DNA from: Lysobacterales bacterium
GTDB lineage: Bacteria; Pseudomonadota; Gammaproteobacteria; Xanthomonadales; SZUA-5
Assembly (NCBI GenBank): GCA_022844165.1
Contig: JALHMH010000022.1
Coordinates: 13,910 to 77,909, forward strand
Reading direction: 5' to 3'
DNA: 64,000 bases
The notes under the pieces were generated by a model. That model was not told the DNA's origin. It worked only from the letters and a program-made list of their open reading frames with translations, and did no database searches. This document shows positions 18,851 through 29,639 of the stretch, in pieces. A program made the translations under genes and the position numbers. Position 1 is the first letter of the stretch. Each line of letters starts with the position of its first letter.

Positions 18851-20194
18851 TTAGGATGCCACGAGGCGCGATATGTCGTTAAAGAATGCCAAACTCATCA
18901 GCGCCAATATGGCCGCCAGTCCGAAGTATTGCCCAATCAACTGGGTACGGTCGCTGACTGGCGAACCTTTCAACCACTCAGCCGTGCAATAGACCAGATG
19001 CCCGCCGTCAAGTACGGGAATCGGGAGCAGGTTCATGATGCACAGGCTCAGACTGATCAGGCCCAGGAACTCGAGGTACTTGGCGAGACCGCCTTCCGCC
19101 GAATAATTGGCGAACTGCGCAATGCTGATTGGGCCAGAGATGTTCTTCAGCTGCGCATTGCCCGCGATCATGTGCCAGATCACCTTGAAGCTGCCGACCG
19201 TCATGCGCCAGGCTTCGCTGACCGCAGCCGGCAAGGCCGCAATCGGCCCATAGGAGCGGGTTGTCGCGCGAACTTCAGGTGAGATGCCAATTTGATATCG
19301 GATTTCGCCTTCGGCCTGCACTACGTCCGGCTTAATCAGTATCGATTCCTGCAGCGCTCCGCGGTTGAGCGTCAGACGCACGGTTCCGCCGCCAGCCTTC
19401 GCTGCCGCCTGCAGCGCATCGCGCATCTCGACAAAATTCTCGACCTTGGTCGCGTCGACTGCGGCAATCAAATCGCCCACCCGAAGACCCGCTTTCTCCG
19501 CCGGCGAATTCGGCGCTACCCAACCCACCTGGGCCGGCGGGTTCCAATGCCAGGGCTGGACACCTAGTTGCTCAAAAAAGCGCGACTCATCGACTGCGCC
19601 GATATCGCCTAAATTCAGCCGTCGGGTTGTCAGGTTGCCATTGGCCTGTTCGACTTCAATCGCAACGCTGGCATCACGATACGCTTTCGTCGTCAATTCG
19701 ACGAGCACGTGTGTCCAGTTGCTCATGGGTTGTTCGTCGATGGCAATGATGCGATCACCGGCCAGCAAACCGGCGCGCTGCGCCAAACCTTCGGACTGGC
19801 CAACAACGGGCTGAAAGTCGCGCACGCCGACCATCAGCATGACCCAGAAAACCGCCAGCGCGAGCACCAGGTTGAACATCGGCCCAGCCAGCACGATCAG
19901 AAATCGCTGCCCCACCGGTTTGGCGTTAAAGGCCATGTGCCGCTGATGGACCGGTACGTCTTGATCGCGCTCATCGAGAAACTTGACGTAACCGCCGAGC
20001 GGCACAGCTGCGACGACAAACTCGGTGCCATTGGCGGCCACCTTGCGCCAAAGCGGCTTGCCCAAGCCAATCGAAAAACGTTGTACATGCACTCCAAATC
20101 GGCGCGCAACCCAAAAGTGGCCGAACTCATGAAACGTGATCAGCACGCTGGTTGCAACCAGAAACCAAAACACCGATCCAATAATTTCACCCAC
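18851..20194 (-). CDS. rseP: RIP metalloprotease RseP
   Basis: HEFGHF, PLGGYV, PDZ domains, [12 protein letters not shown]; GTG start at 20194. Confidence 0.96.
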   Translation of the reverse strand: MGEIIGSVFWFLVATSVLITFHEFGHFWVARRFGVHVQRFSIGLGKPLWRKVAANGTEFVVAAVPLGGYVKFLDERDQDVPVHQRHMAFNAKPVGQRFLIVLAGPMFNLVLALAVFWVMLMVGVRDFQPVVGQSEGLAQRAGLLAGDRIIAIDEQPMSNWTHVLVELTTKAYRDASVAIEVEQANGNLTTRRLNLGDIGAVDESRFFEQLGVQPWHWNPPAQVGWVAPNSPAEKAGLRVGDLIAAVDATKVENFVEMRDALQAAAKAGGGTVRLTLNRGALQESILIKPDVVQAEGEIRYQIGISPEVRATTRSYGPIAALPAAVSEAWRMTVGSFKVIWHMIAGNAQLKNISGPISIAQFANYSAEGGLAKYLEFLGLISLSLCIMNLLPIPVLDGGHLVYCTAEWLKGSPVSDRTQLIGQYFGLAAILALMSLAFFNDISRLVAS

Positions 20195-21365
20195 AGACTG
20201 CCCCTTTGACGACCTGCATGGCCATATCGCGCGCCGCTCGATCCGCATCAAGCACGGCAGCGATGGAATGCGCCGATGATGTACCCAGACGATTTAAGAC
20301 CTCGTTAACTACATCGGCAATCGCAACAAAGCTAAGGTCGCCGTTCAGGAAGCCGTCAACCGCCACCTCGTTGGCCGCGTTCAAAATCGCTGGTGCCGTG
20401 CCGCCGGCGTCGAGCGCCGCAAATGCCAGGCGCAGGCACGGAAACGCATCCAGATCTGGTTCTGCGAAGTCAAGTCTCGCCAGCGCCAACAAGTCGAGCG
20501 ATGGTGCGCCCGAGTCGATGCGTTCTGGCCAGCCTAACGCATGCGCAATTGGAATACGCATGTCGGCCGAGCCCAATTGCGCCAAAAAACTGCCGTCGAT
20601 GTATTCGACAAGGCTATGCACTGTGCTTTGCGGGTGCACAAGCACACGAATCGCGGCACCCGGAAGCCCGAATAAATGATGCGCCTCGATGACTTCAAGA
20701 CCCTTGTTCATCAACGTTGCGGAATCGATGCTGATCTTTGGACCCATTTGCCAGTTCGGGTGCTTTAGCGCCTGGGCAGTCGTCACGTTCGCAAGCGCCC
20801 GGCGACTCATGCCACGAAACGGGCCGCCGGACGCCGTCAACCAGAGCCGACGCACGCCGCGCGGCGGCCGAGTGTGATCCTGTGGCAAGCATTGAAAGAT
20901 GGCATTGTGTTCGCTGTCGAGCGGCAACAGTGTTGCGCCGCTGCCCGCTGCCGCCGCGATAAGCAGTTCGCCGGCACAAACCAGTGCTTCTTTATTCGCC
21001 AGCAGCACGCGCTTGCCGGCCGCCACGGCGGCCATCGTCGATGGCAATCCGGCCGCACCAACGATGGCTGCAACAACCGTATCCACAGCGCCATCGGCAA
21101 CGGCAGCGACGAGCGCATCGGCGCCACTTAGCACTTCTGTTTCGAGGCCAAGTTCGGTCAGTCGCGTTCGCAACCGCGCGGCGGCGCTCGCATCGACCAG
21201 GATGGCACGCGCCGGCGCAAATCGTTGGCAAATTTCTGTCATTCCAACATCGTCTTGTCTTGCCGCCGCAACCGTGAGGACAAATCGGTCCGGGGATCGC
21301 GCCATGACATCCAGTGTATTGCGACCGATCGAGCCGGTTGCGCCGATGAGAGCGATGCGCTTCAT
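20187..21365 (-). CDS. dxr: 1-deoxy-D-xylulose-5-phosphate reductoisomerase
   Basis: [37 protein letters not shown]. Confidence 0.97.
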   Translation of the reverse strand: MKRIALIGATGSIGRNTLDVMARSPDRFVLTVAAARQDDVGMTEICQRFAPARAILVDASAAARLRTRLTELGLETEVLSGADALVAAVADGAVDTVVAAIVGAAGLPSTMAAVAAGKRVLLANKEALVCAGELLIAAAAGSGATLLPLDSEHNAIFQCLPQDHTRPPRGVRRLWLTASGGPFRGMSRRALANVTTAQALKHPNWQMGPKISIDSATLMNKGLEVIEAHHLFGLPGAAIRVLVHPQSTVHSLVEYIDGSFLAQLGSADMRIPIAHALGWPERIDSGAPSLDLLALARLDFAEPDLDAFPCLRLAFAALDAGGTAPAILNAANEVAVDGFLNGDLSFVAIADVVNEVLNRLGTSSAHSIAAVLDADRAARDMAMQVVKGAVCG

Positions 21366-22216
21366 AAGCCAATCACCGTTCGGCCGCACAAGAAAATCGG
21401 CATTGCAGCAAGCACGCTATCGATGCGATCGAGCATGCCGCCGTGGCCCGGCAGCAAACTGCCCGAGTCCTTCACCTTCGATTGCCGCTTGATCAGGCTC
21501 TCGAACAAGTCGCCGACAATCGAAAACAACACCGTGACGAGCGCGAGTACGATCAACAGCCCATCGGCGATCGGGATGGCCGGCAACAGCCATCCAGCTG
21601 CAGCGGCGAACAGCGCCGATCCGATCAGCGCGCCGATGACGCCTTCGATGGTCTTGCCAGGACTGATTCGTGGCGCCAGCTTGTGCTGACCGAATTGGCG
21701 GCCGGCGAAGTACGCCGACGAATCGGCGACCCAAATGAGTACAAGCACAAACAAAATCCACCAAGGCCCGCCAGCTGGGTCGCGGTGCATCAACCACGCT
21801 GCAACGAACGTGGGCACCACCATCATGCTGCCGACGATCACTTTGATTTCGCGATTGCGCAGGGTGGGTTCCTGGGCAAACTCAAAAGCACGCAGCCAGA
21901 CGATGGCTACGCACCACCAGATCGCACCGGCCCAGACGATCGGCATCAACAGGGCCTTGGGTTCTGCCCACCATAACCACAACATCAGCGCGGCGTTCGC
22001 AAGCACGATTAGCGAACGCAATCGCCGCAAGTTCAAACCGATGACGCGCGTCCATTCCCAAAGCGCAAAGCACAGAATCGCACCGAACAGCAGCGTGAAC
22101 CACTCGGTGCGCAGATACAACACCCCGAGAACGGCGATCGGCGCCAGCACCAGAGCCGTCGCGATTCGCGTCATCACGCCACTTCCTTGCCAGCGGTTGA
22201 GCGCCTTATCCATCAT
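21362..22216 (-). CDS. cdsA: Phosphatidate cytidylyltransferase
   Basis: [33 protein letters not shown]. Start could alternatively be the internal MTRIAT. Confidence 0.95.
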   Translation of the reverse strand: MMDKALNRWQGSGVMTRIATALVLAPIAVLGVLYLRTEWFTLLFGAILCFALWEWTRVIGLNLRRLRSLIVLANAALMLWLWWAEPKALLMPIVWAGAIWWCVAIVWLRAFEFAQEPTLRNREIKVIVGSMMVVPTFVAAWLMHRDPAGGPWWILFVLVLIWVADSSAYFAGRQFGQHKLAPRISPGKTIEGVIGALIGSALFAAAAGWLLPAIPIADGLLIVLALVTVLFSIVGDLFESLIKRQSKVKDSGSLLPGHGGMLDRIDSVLAAMPIFLCGRTVIGL

Positions 22217-22968
22217 GGCTGACCTTGTGCAAGTTGTTCGCTTGTATGACCAAATCGCCTTTCGCGCCGCGCAAACTCGGCCAGCGCGGTCTGAAAGCAC
22301 GCGGCGTCGAAATCTGGCCACAGCACCGGCGTGAAGTACAGCTCGGTGTAAGCCAGATGCCACAAAAGAAAGTTACTGATCCGCGCTTCGCCGCCTGTGC
22401 GAATGAAGAGATCTGGTTCGGGCAGCGGCGCCAGCGACAGGTGACTCTCCAGCGCAGCTTGATCGATATCGTCGATCTCGATACGCCCGGCCTTGACATC
22501 GGCCGCCAACGCCCGCGTCGCGGCGAGAATGTCCCAACGACCACCGTAGTTGACCGCAATGTTCAGGGTCAGTCGGTGGCTCGCCACCGTGGCCGACTCA
22601 CTCTCACCCATCGCACGCTGCAAATCGCTGGAAAAACGCGTGCGGTCTCCGATGAATCGCAGGCGCACGCCGTTCTCCGCCAACTCTCGTGTTTCTTTGC
22701 GCAGAGCCCGCAAGAACAGCTCGAGCAAGTGTTGCACCTCACCCGGCGGGCGCGACCAGTTCTCGCTGCTGAAAGCGAACAATGTGAGCACGTCGACACC
22801 GGCGCGAAGCGCCGCCTCAATGACATTGCGAACCGCGTGCACCCCGGCGCGATGCCCGAACGCGCGCGGACGCTTGCGCAGTTTCGCCCAACGGCCATTG
22901 CCATCCATAACGATGGCAATGTGCCGTGGAACCCTGGGCGCAGACGCGGGCGAAACCGCCAAGGTCAA
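22213..22968 (-). CDS. uppS: Undecaprenyl diphosphate synthase
   Basis: HIAIVMDGNGRWA, FSSENW, IRTGGEARISNFLLW. Confidence 0.97.
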   Translation of the reverse strand: MTLAVSPASAPRVPRHIAIVMDGNGRWAKLRKRPRAFGHRAGVHAVRNVIEAALRAGVDVLTLFAFSSENWSRPPGEVQHLLELFLRALRKETRELAENGVRLRFIGDRTRFSSDLQRAMGESESATVASHRLTLNIAVNYGGRWDILAATRALAADVKAGRIEIDDIDQAALESHLSLAPLPEPDLFIRTGGEARISNFLLWHLAYTELYFTPVLWPDFDAACFQTALAEFARRERRFGHTSEQLAQGQP

Positions 22969-23531
22969 AGCTGCATCAACTCGTCTTCTTTTTGCCTGGT
23001 GACCGCATCGACTTCCTTCACCATGCGATCTGTCAGCTTTTGGATGTCTTCCTCTGCTCTTCGATCGTCGTCTTCCGTGATCGCTTTGGCTTTGAGCAGC
23101 TCTTTACAATGGTGATTCGCATCGCGGCGCACGTTGCGAATCGCCACTTTCGTGTTTTCGCCCTCGTGCGAAACCACTTTCGCCAGGTCTTTGCGCCGCT
23201 GCTCGGTCAGCGGCGGCAAAACGATGCGTATGGTCTGGCCGGCGGTATTCGGGGTCAGCCCCAGATCCGACGTCATGATGGCACGCTCAACGGCGACTAC
23301 CATCGGTTTTTCCCATGGCACCACTGTTATGGTGCGCGCGTCGGTAACGGTCACATTGGCGACCTGGCTGATGGGCACGTCGCTGCCGTAGTAGTCCACG
23401 CGCAAATGGTCGAGCAACTGTGCCGATGCGCGCCCTGTGCGCAACTTCATCAATTCGTTTTTCAGTACCTCAATACATTTTTTCATCCGCGTTTCGGCAT
23501 CGGCCTTGATAGCCGGGATCGTCGTCGCCAT
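22965..23531 (-). CDS. frr: Ribosome recycling factor
   Basis: LRTGRAS, DYYG, PPLTEQRRKDL, AIRNVRRD. Confidence 0.97.
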   Translation of the reverse strand: MATTIPAIKADAETRMKKCIEVLKNELMKLRTGRASAQLLDHLRVDYYGSDVPISQVANVTVTDARTITVVPWEKPMVVAVERAIMTSDLGLTPNTAGQTIRIVLPPLTEQRRKDLAKVVSHEGENTKVAIRNVRRDANHHCKELLKAKAITEDDDRRAEEDIQKLTDRMVKEVDAVTRQKEDELMQL

Positions 23532-23664
23532 GGCTGGATTTCCTTAACTGTTGCAGACGGCGGCGGAGTATAGGCGGTTGCGGCATGCGGGCGGGCACCT
23601 GGGCGCGAAGGCTCAGGGCACAAAACCGAACCGTGCGCACCGATAGCGATCTGGCAAGGATCGC

Positions 23665-24453
23665 TTAGGCCGCCGTCCAGCCGCCGTCCATGCTGATATT
23701 GCTGCCGGTCATCTGCGCGGCAGCCGGGCTGATCAGGAACATCGCCATCGCAGCGACCTGATCGACGGTGACAAATTCTTTGGTCGGCTGCGCAGCCAGC
23801 AGCACATCACGCTTGACCTGCTCTTCGGTCATACCACGCGCTTTCATCGTGTCGGGGATCTGCTTTTCGACCAGTGGCGTCCAAACATAACCCGGACAAA
23901 TCGAGTTGACCGTGATGCCAAAGGTTGCCAGTTCCAGCGCCACCGACTTGGTGAAGCCGGCGATACCATGTTTGGCCGCTACGTAGGCGCTCTTGAACGG
24001 TGAAGCGACAAGCGCATGCGCGCTCGCAGTGTTGATGATCCGCCCCCATCGGCGCAATTTCATCTGCGGCACTACAGCGCGCGTGGCATGGAATGCCGCA
24101 GACAAGTTGATCGCGATGATCTGATCCCACTTCTCCGGTGGAAAATCCTCTACCGGCGAGACGAACTGAACTCCCGCGTTGTTCACCAGGACATCCACGC
24201 CACCCATCCAATCGATGGCGTCTTTAACCATCGCCCCGATCGCGGCACCGTCACGCATATCGGCATTGGAGTAAAAAGCGCGCACGCCGAAGTCACGCTC
24301 AATCGCTGTACGCTGGGCTTCGATTTCGACCAGGTCCCCAAGTCCGTTGAGCGTGACATGCAAACCCTCCCGCGCACAAGCACGGGCGATCGCCAGGCCA
24401 ATGCCGCTGGTTGAGCCCGTAATCAGTGCGTTGCGCGGCGAGTAGATGCTCAT
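23665..24453 (-). CDS. bdhA: 3-hydroxybutyrate dehydrogenase (SDR family)
   Basis: TGSTSGIG, NNAGVQ, SAHALVASPFKSAYVAAKHG, PGYVWTPLVEKQI. Confidence 0.9.
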   Translation of the reverse strand: MSIYSPRNALITGSTSGIGLAIARACAREGLHVTLNGLGDLVEIEAQRTAIERDFGVRAFYSNADMRDGAAIGAMVKDAIDWMGGVDVLVNNAGVQFVSPVEDFPPEKWDQIIAINLSAAFHATRAVVPQMKLRRWGRIINTASAHALVASPFKSAYVAAKHGIAGFTKSVALELATFGITVNSICPGYVWTPLVEKQIPDTMKARGMTEEQVKRDVLLAAQPTKEFVTVDQVAAMAMFLISPAAAQMTGSNISMDGGWTAA

Positions 24454-24595
24454 ATTCAGATCAGACTCTCGGAATCCCATTCCAGCATGCCAACGAAGCG
24501 GTTCAACGAATGCTGGTCATTAGGACGATGGCGCAGATGGCAATCAGCCAGAACAACCGATCGGCGATGTCACCACTATGCCCCCGGAAAACCGG

Positions 24596-25606
24596 TCAGA
24601 CCGCCGCCCACACCTTGGCGGTATCCAGCATGCGATTGCTAAAACCCCACTCATTGTCGTACCACGCGAGCACTTTGACCAGCGTGCCACCCATGACCTT
24701 GGTCAACGTCGCGTCGTAAACGCTCGACCGTGGATCGTGGTTGAAGTCGACCGATACAAGTGGTTTCTTGTTGACCCCGAGTATGCCTTTGAGCGGACCG
24801 TCGGCGGCGGCTTGCACCGCGGCGGTGATCTCGTCCGCGCTGGTGGCGCGCGCAGCAACGAACGACAGGTCGACCACCGACACGTTGATCGTCGGCACAC
24901 GCATTGCAAAACCATCGAGTTTGCCGTTCAACTCCGGCAGCACCAGGCCGACCGCGGCGGCAGCGCCGGTCTTGGTCGGGATCTGCGACATCGTCGCCGA
25001 GCGGGCGCGGCGCAGATCGGAGTGATAGACATCGGTCAACACCTGATCGTTGGTGTAGGCATGGATCGTCGTCATGACGCCCTGCTGGATGCCGATCGTA
25101 TCGTGCAGCACCTTGGCCAACGGCGCCAGGCAGTTGGTGGTGCACGATGCGTTCGAGACCACCGTGTGCGCACTCGACAGCACGTTGTGGTTCACGCCAT
25201 ACACCACGGTTGCATCGACATCGTTGCCGCCCGGCGCACTGATCAGCACGCGTTTGGCGCCTCCGGTCAAATGCGCGCCGGCTTTGGCTTTGCTGGTGAA
25301 GAGGCCTGTGCATTCGAAAACCATCTCGACACCCAACTCACCCCAAGGCAGCCTGGCCGGATCGCGCTCGGCCAACACACGAATGCGATCGTCACCGACC
25401 GTCAGATAGTTGCCATCGACGCCGACTGGCGTGGCGAAGCGGCCATGCGCGGTGTCGTATTGCGTCAAATGGGCATTGGTTGCCGCATCGCCCAAGTCAT
25501 TGATTGCGACGATCTCGAATTCGCTGGTGCGGCCCGACTCGTAGAGCGCGCGAAGAATATTGCGCCCGATCCGTCCGTAGCCGTTGATGCCTACGCGCAA
25601 TGCCAT
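24596..25606 (-). CDS. gap: Type I glyceraldehyde-3-phosphate dehydrogenase
   Basis: [31 protein letters not shown]. Confidence 0.96.
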   Translation of the reverse strand: MALRVGINGYGRIGRNILRALYESGRTSEFEIVAINDLGDAATNAHLTQYDTAHGRFATPVGVDGNYLTVGDDRIRVLAERDPARLPWGELGVEMVFECTGLFTSKAKAGAHLTGGAKRVLISAPGGNDVDATVVYGVNHNVLSSAHTVVSNASCTTNCLAPLAKVLHDTIGIQQGVMTTIHAYTNDQVLTDVYHSDLRRARSATMSQIPTKTGAAAAVGLVLPELNGKLDGFAMRVPTINVSVVDLSFVAARATSADEITAAVQAAADGPLKGILGVNKKPLVSVDFNHDPRSSVYDATLTKVMGGTLVKVLAWYDNEWGFSNRMLDTAKVWAAV

Positions 25607-26094
25607 GGGTCCACTCCTGATCGATCGAAGAAAACACGCGAGAATAGCGACAGATCAGCGCGCCGGGAAATGACCTGGCAAGGTGTGGATATGCTCAAAC
25701 GCTGACAAAACAAGCAGCAGCACATGCAGCGCGGTACGCGCGCCGAGGAACGGCCCCGGACCGATCGGTGCCTCGTGCGCTTGCAATGGCACCGTGAACC
25801 GGTGCTTGAGCGGCGGTGACGGCGCGATTGTCGCTGCCGCTGACGAAGCTGATCGATACGTATGGCGCATCCGGCAGTGGGCCCCAGCGCTGGCGCAAGT
25901 TGCTTGGCGATCTGCATAGCAGTGCGCACTATTCACGCGGATTGCCGAAATTCAAGAGCTCATTGTTGACCGCGACAATTGCAACTTGTTACCTTTCGCG
26001 CCGCTTCTGATAGGAAGCACGGCAGCTCTCGGCCAGTCGGCAACGCGATGGGGATCGCGGAGGGCTCTCAATCACTTTAGATGGGGATACTTGC

Positions 26095-27774
26095 ATGCGT
26101 ATGCGTTTGCGCGCGATTGCTTCAGCGATCGCTTTGTCGTTGGCCTTTTCCTCCCATGCGGCGAACACCGAGGACGCTTTTGCGGCCGGTTCGCTGCTGG
26201 TCTTGCCGTCGCCCGATGTCGCGAAGTTGCGCATGGACGATGCGAAGTCCACCGGCCCGTATCGCTATGGCGTCGGCATTCCGGTCGCAGACTTTGCGAT
26301 CAACGACAAGTCCGTGAGCAACTGGACGCGGGATGCCAACGGCGATTGGCAATGGCGCTTCGATCTGTCCTCGCCCGGCGCACGGACACTGGATTTCCAC
26401 TTCGAGAAACTGAAGTTGCCGGCCGGCGCGAGGCTCACGATCAGTGGCGATGGCAAAGACAATGTGCGCCTGATCGATGCCAGTCAGTTGAACTCGGAGC
26501 GCTATTCGTCGCCTTACATCGCAGGAGATCGCGCGACGTTGCAACTGTTCGTACCCAAAGGCGCGCGCGAGGAAGTCGCACTGTCGTTGGCCTCAGTCAC
26601 GCACGGTTATCGCGGACTATTCGAAAGCGCCGAGACCACGCAGAAATCGGGTTCGTGCAATGTCGATGCAGCGTGTTCGGCCGGCAACGGCTGGCACGAT
26701 CAGATGGCGTCCGTGGGGCAATACACCTTCAGCAGCGGCGGCAGCAGTTTCGTGTGTACCGGCACGCTGATGGCCAATACCGGCAACTCGACAACGCCGT
26801 ACTTCTTGACAGCCAATCACTGCATGAGCACGCAGACGGTTGCCAATACCATTGTCGTCTATTGGAACTACCAGAGCGCCAACTGCCGTGCGCCGGGATC
26901 CTCGTCGAGCGGCACGTCGCTCTCGCGCACCATTGCCAGCCATAACCAATCGGGCTCGACGCTGCGCGCAACCAATGCCGCCAGCGATTTTACGCTGCTG
27001 CAGCTGTCAACCAATGTCCCGGTGGGCGCAAGTCCCTTCTTCTCGGGCTGGAGCCGCAGCACCACGGCGCCGACTTCCGCGCGCGGCATCCACCATCCGG
27101 CCGGTCATGAGAAACGTTTCTCGACCGACAACAATGCGTTGACCGTGGCGAGTTATCTCGGCGCCGCTGGCTCAGGTTCCTCGCACTGGCGTGTCGGCAA
27201 CTGGGAAGGTGGCACGACCGAGGGCGGCTCCTCCGGTTCGGGCCTGTGGGACCAGAACAGGCGTCTGGTTGGGCAGCTGCATGGTGGTTACGCCGCGTGC
27301 GGCAACACCCAGGCCGATTGGTACGGGCGTTTATCGCAATCCTGGACAGGCGGTGGATCGAATGCAACGCGATTGTCGAATTGGCTGGACCCTGGCAATA
27401 CGGGTGCCACAACCAAAGATGGCTATCGCTTGAGTGGCTTCTTTCAGACCACCACCGACGTCACCGTGAGCGACAACGCTACCGTGGAAAGTTCACTGAC
27501 GGTCAGCGGTCGCAGCGGCAATGCACCGACAACACTGCGCGTGAACGCACGCATCATGCATACCTACATCGGTGATTTGAAAGTCGATCTGGTGGCGCCG
27601 AATGGCAGCGTCTTCACGCTGCACAATCGAACCGGCGCTGGGGCAGATAACTTGTATCAAACCTACCAGGTCAACGCCTCGGCTTCTGTCGCGAACGGCA
27701 CTTGGCGGTTGCGCGTGAACGACAACGCGAATGGCGATGTCGGTTTCATCGACGTATTTAGTCTCCAGTTCTGA
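26095..27774 (+). CDS. Secreted lysyl-endopeptidase-like serine protease with C-terminal P (proprotein convertase) domain
   Basis: Prepro region, SGSCNVD mature start, LTANHC, SDFTLL, HHPAG, TEGGSSGS, QLHGG, DWYG; HTYIGDLKVDLVAP..NGTWRLRV P-domain. Confidence 0.9.
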   Translation: MRMRLRAIASAIALSLAFSSHAANTEDAFAAGSLLVLPSPDVAKLRMDDAKSTGPYRYGVGIPVADFAINDKSVSNWTRDANGDWQWRFDLSSPGARTLDFHFEKLKLPAGARLTISGDGKDNVRLIDASQLNSERYSSPYIAGDRATLQLFVPKGAREEVALSLASVTHGYRGLFESAETTQKSGSCNVDAACSAGNGWHDQMASVGQYTFSSGGSSFVCTGTLMANTGNSTTPYFLTANHCMSTQTVANTIVVYWNYQSANCRAPGSSSSGTSLSRTIASHNQSGSTLRATNAASDFTLLQLSTNVPVGASPFFSGWSRSTTAPTSARGIHHPAGHEKRFSTDNNALTVASYLGAAGSGSSHWRVGNWEGGTTEGGSSGSGLWDQNRRLVGQLHGGYAACGNTQADWYGRLSQSWTGGGSNATRLSNWLDPGNTGATTKDGYRLSGFFQTTTDVTVSDNATVESSLTVSGRSGNAPTTLRVNARIMHTYIGDLKVDLVAPNGSVFTLHNRTGAGADNLYQTYQVNASASVANGTWRLRVNDNANGDVGFIDVFSLQF

Positions 27775-27795
27775 GCGTTACCCTCGGTGGGCCGC

Positions 27796-28175
27796 ATGAG
27801 CGGCCCACCGCAGAGCGCAGCCTTGTCTTACGATCTGAGCTTCGATCGCACGCGTTTCGATTTCGATGTCATCCATGGTTTTTTGACAAAATCGTACTGG
27901 TCGCCGGGCATTTCGAAAGAGATCCTGGTTCGCGCCATCGCACATTCGCTTTGCATCGGCATGTTTGCCAGCGACGCCCAGGTGGGATTTGCGCGCCTCG
28001 TCACGGATCGCGCCACTTTCGCGTAGCTGGCCGATGTTTTCGTATTGCCGGATCACCGCCGCCAGGGCCTGACCGGGAGAATGGTCGCTGCGCAGCTGGC
28101 CGAGCCCGAGGTACTGGGCGTGCGCCATAATCTGTTGGCCACGCGCGATACAGGCACTTTATGCGCGAGTCGTGC
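27796..28175 (+). pseudogene. GNAT N-acetyltransferase pseudogene
   Basis: QVGFARLVTDRATFA*LADVFVLPDHRRQGL: in-frame TAG at 28024-28026 where an aromatic residue is expected; C-terminus also degraded. Confidence 0.82.
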
Positions 28176-28178
28176 ACC

Positions 28179-29639
28179 CTATTCGAAACCATTGGCGAAT
28201 ACGTTGGCCGTCAGCTCAAATGCTCCGACATCGGCGCCAATACCGGGACGCGGCGTACCGAGGATATCGGTGGCTGGAACATCTGAGCCGGGGGTAGCGG
28301 CATCGATCAGCGAGCTGTTGGCGCCAATGCGTCCATAGCTTTGCGCCAGGAACACGAACGCATCGTTGATGCTCGCAAAACCGCCGTTGAAGTTGTTGCT
28401 CGCCGGCACCCAGTGCGGCGTTGCGATGGTGCCGATGGAGACCACCGCCGGATCGTCTTCGATGCGCGTTTTGTCATTATCGATATTGAGCACATCGCCC
28501 GGATCGTTCGGCAGCGCCGCGCCGTTGTTCCAGTAAGCGTTGCGCTCCAAAGTCGAAGGCCGGGTGGTCGATAAATCGGCTGGCAGCGTGTCGGAAAAGT
28601 CCTCCATCGTGCCAGTGGTATCGGCAAAAACGTTATGCACAAAGCGGATCGCTTCGATCGGTGGATTACTGCCCTCACGGTTGATGCGCGTTGCGTATGC
28701 GTTCGCCGGAAGATTGCCAATCACGGTGTTGTGGCGAAACGTAATGTCGCGAGAGCCCTTGACGCCGAGCGGCGAGCGCATCGTCACAGCGCTGTTGCCG
28801 ATGAACAGGTTGTTCTCCGCAAGGCAATTGAAGGCCTCGAAGTTTGCTGTGCCATCCTCGCCAAACAAGATGAAACCGCTGCCATTAGAACCTTGCCAGT
28901 TGAGGAACACGTTGCGCCGCAGGATCACGTTGCGCGCACCCAGAAATCCGTCGCTGCTGCCGTTGGAGTCTTTGACGACGACAAAACTTGAGGTATCGGT
29001 CGGCACCGGGCGACCGCTGGCGGCGAAGTTGTTGAAGAACACATTGCCATCGACGATGACGTCGTCGACGCTGTTGATATCGATGTGCTCGTCGGAACCT
29101 TGTTGGTTGTAGAACATATTGCCGATCACGCGGATTTCGGTGGCGCCGTTGTTGATCTTCAGAATGTCGTTATTGAAGCTGTCGTGCAAAATGTTGTCGC
29201 GCAGCGTAATGCGGCTGGTATTGGCCGCTGTTCCGCTCTGGATTTGCACCACCAGTGCGCTGGCGCCCGCACCGGTGTGTGCAATATCGAAACCCTCGAT
29301 GTTGATCCCCTGAATATCGGTGTCGCCGTAAATCGTCAGGACTGTTTCGTTAGCACGGAGCCGCGCCTGATACGGCACCTCCGATCGTACCGTGACGCCG
29401 TTGACGAAGTTGCCACGAATGCGAATGCGCCCGGTGTAGGTCCCGGGCCTGACCAACACCGTGCTACCGTCCGGCACTCGATCCAGCGCATAGGTGATCG
29501 TTGCCCAAGGCGCCGCCAACGTGCCGCCTGCGGGCGCATCGACGCCATTGGTGGCAACATAAAAAGTCTGCGCCGAAACCGCCGCACCATAACATCCGAT
29601 GGCGAACGCCAGCCATCGTATCCTCCATCGCATGCTCAT
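28179..29639 (-). CDS. Secreted right-handed parallel beta-helix (pectin-lyase-like) protein
   Basis: Signal peptide, FYVATNGVD..GTLAAPWATI start, repeated I-x-x-N-x-F rungs, DILG.PR..DVGAFE, terminal VFANGFE. Confidence 0.8.
   Translation of the reverse strand: MSMRWRIRWLAFAIGCYGAAVSAQTFYVATNGVDAPAGGTLAAPWATITYALDRVPDGSTVLVRPGTYTGRIRIRGNFVNGVTVRSEVPYQARLRANETVLTIYGDTDIQGINIEGFDIAHTGAGASALVVQIQSGTAANTSRITLRDNILHDSFNNDILKINNGATEIRVIGNMFYNQQGSDEHIDINSVDDVIVDGNVFFNNFAASGRPVPTDTSSFVVVKDSNGSSDGFLGARNVILRRNVFLNWQGSNGSGFILFGEDGTANFEAFNCLAENNLFIGNSAVTMRSPLGVKGSRDITFRHNTVIGNLPANAYATRINREGSNPPIEAIRFVHNVFADTTGTMEDFSDTLPADLSTTRPSTLERNAYWNNGAALPNDPGDVLNIDNDKTRIEDDPAVVSIGTIATPHWVPASNNFNGGFASINDAFVFLAQSYGRIGANSSLIDAATPGSDVPATDILGTPRPGIGADVGAFELTANVFANGFE

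Noticed and set aside
25607-26094. Short ORFs between gap and the lysyl endopeptidase
   Set aside because: No motif, RBS or consistent coding signal; treated as a divergent promoter region.
28024-28026. Programmed amber read-through or pyrrolysine
   Set aside because: No pyl genes seen, TAG terminates other genes here, and the ORF has further decay.
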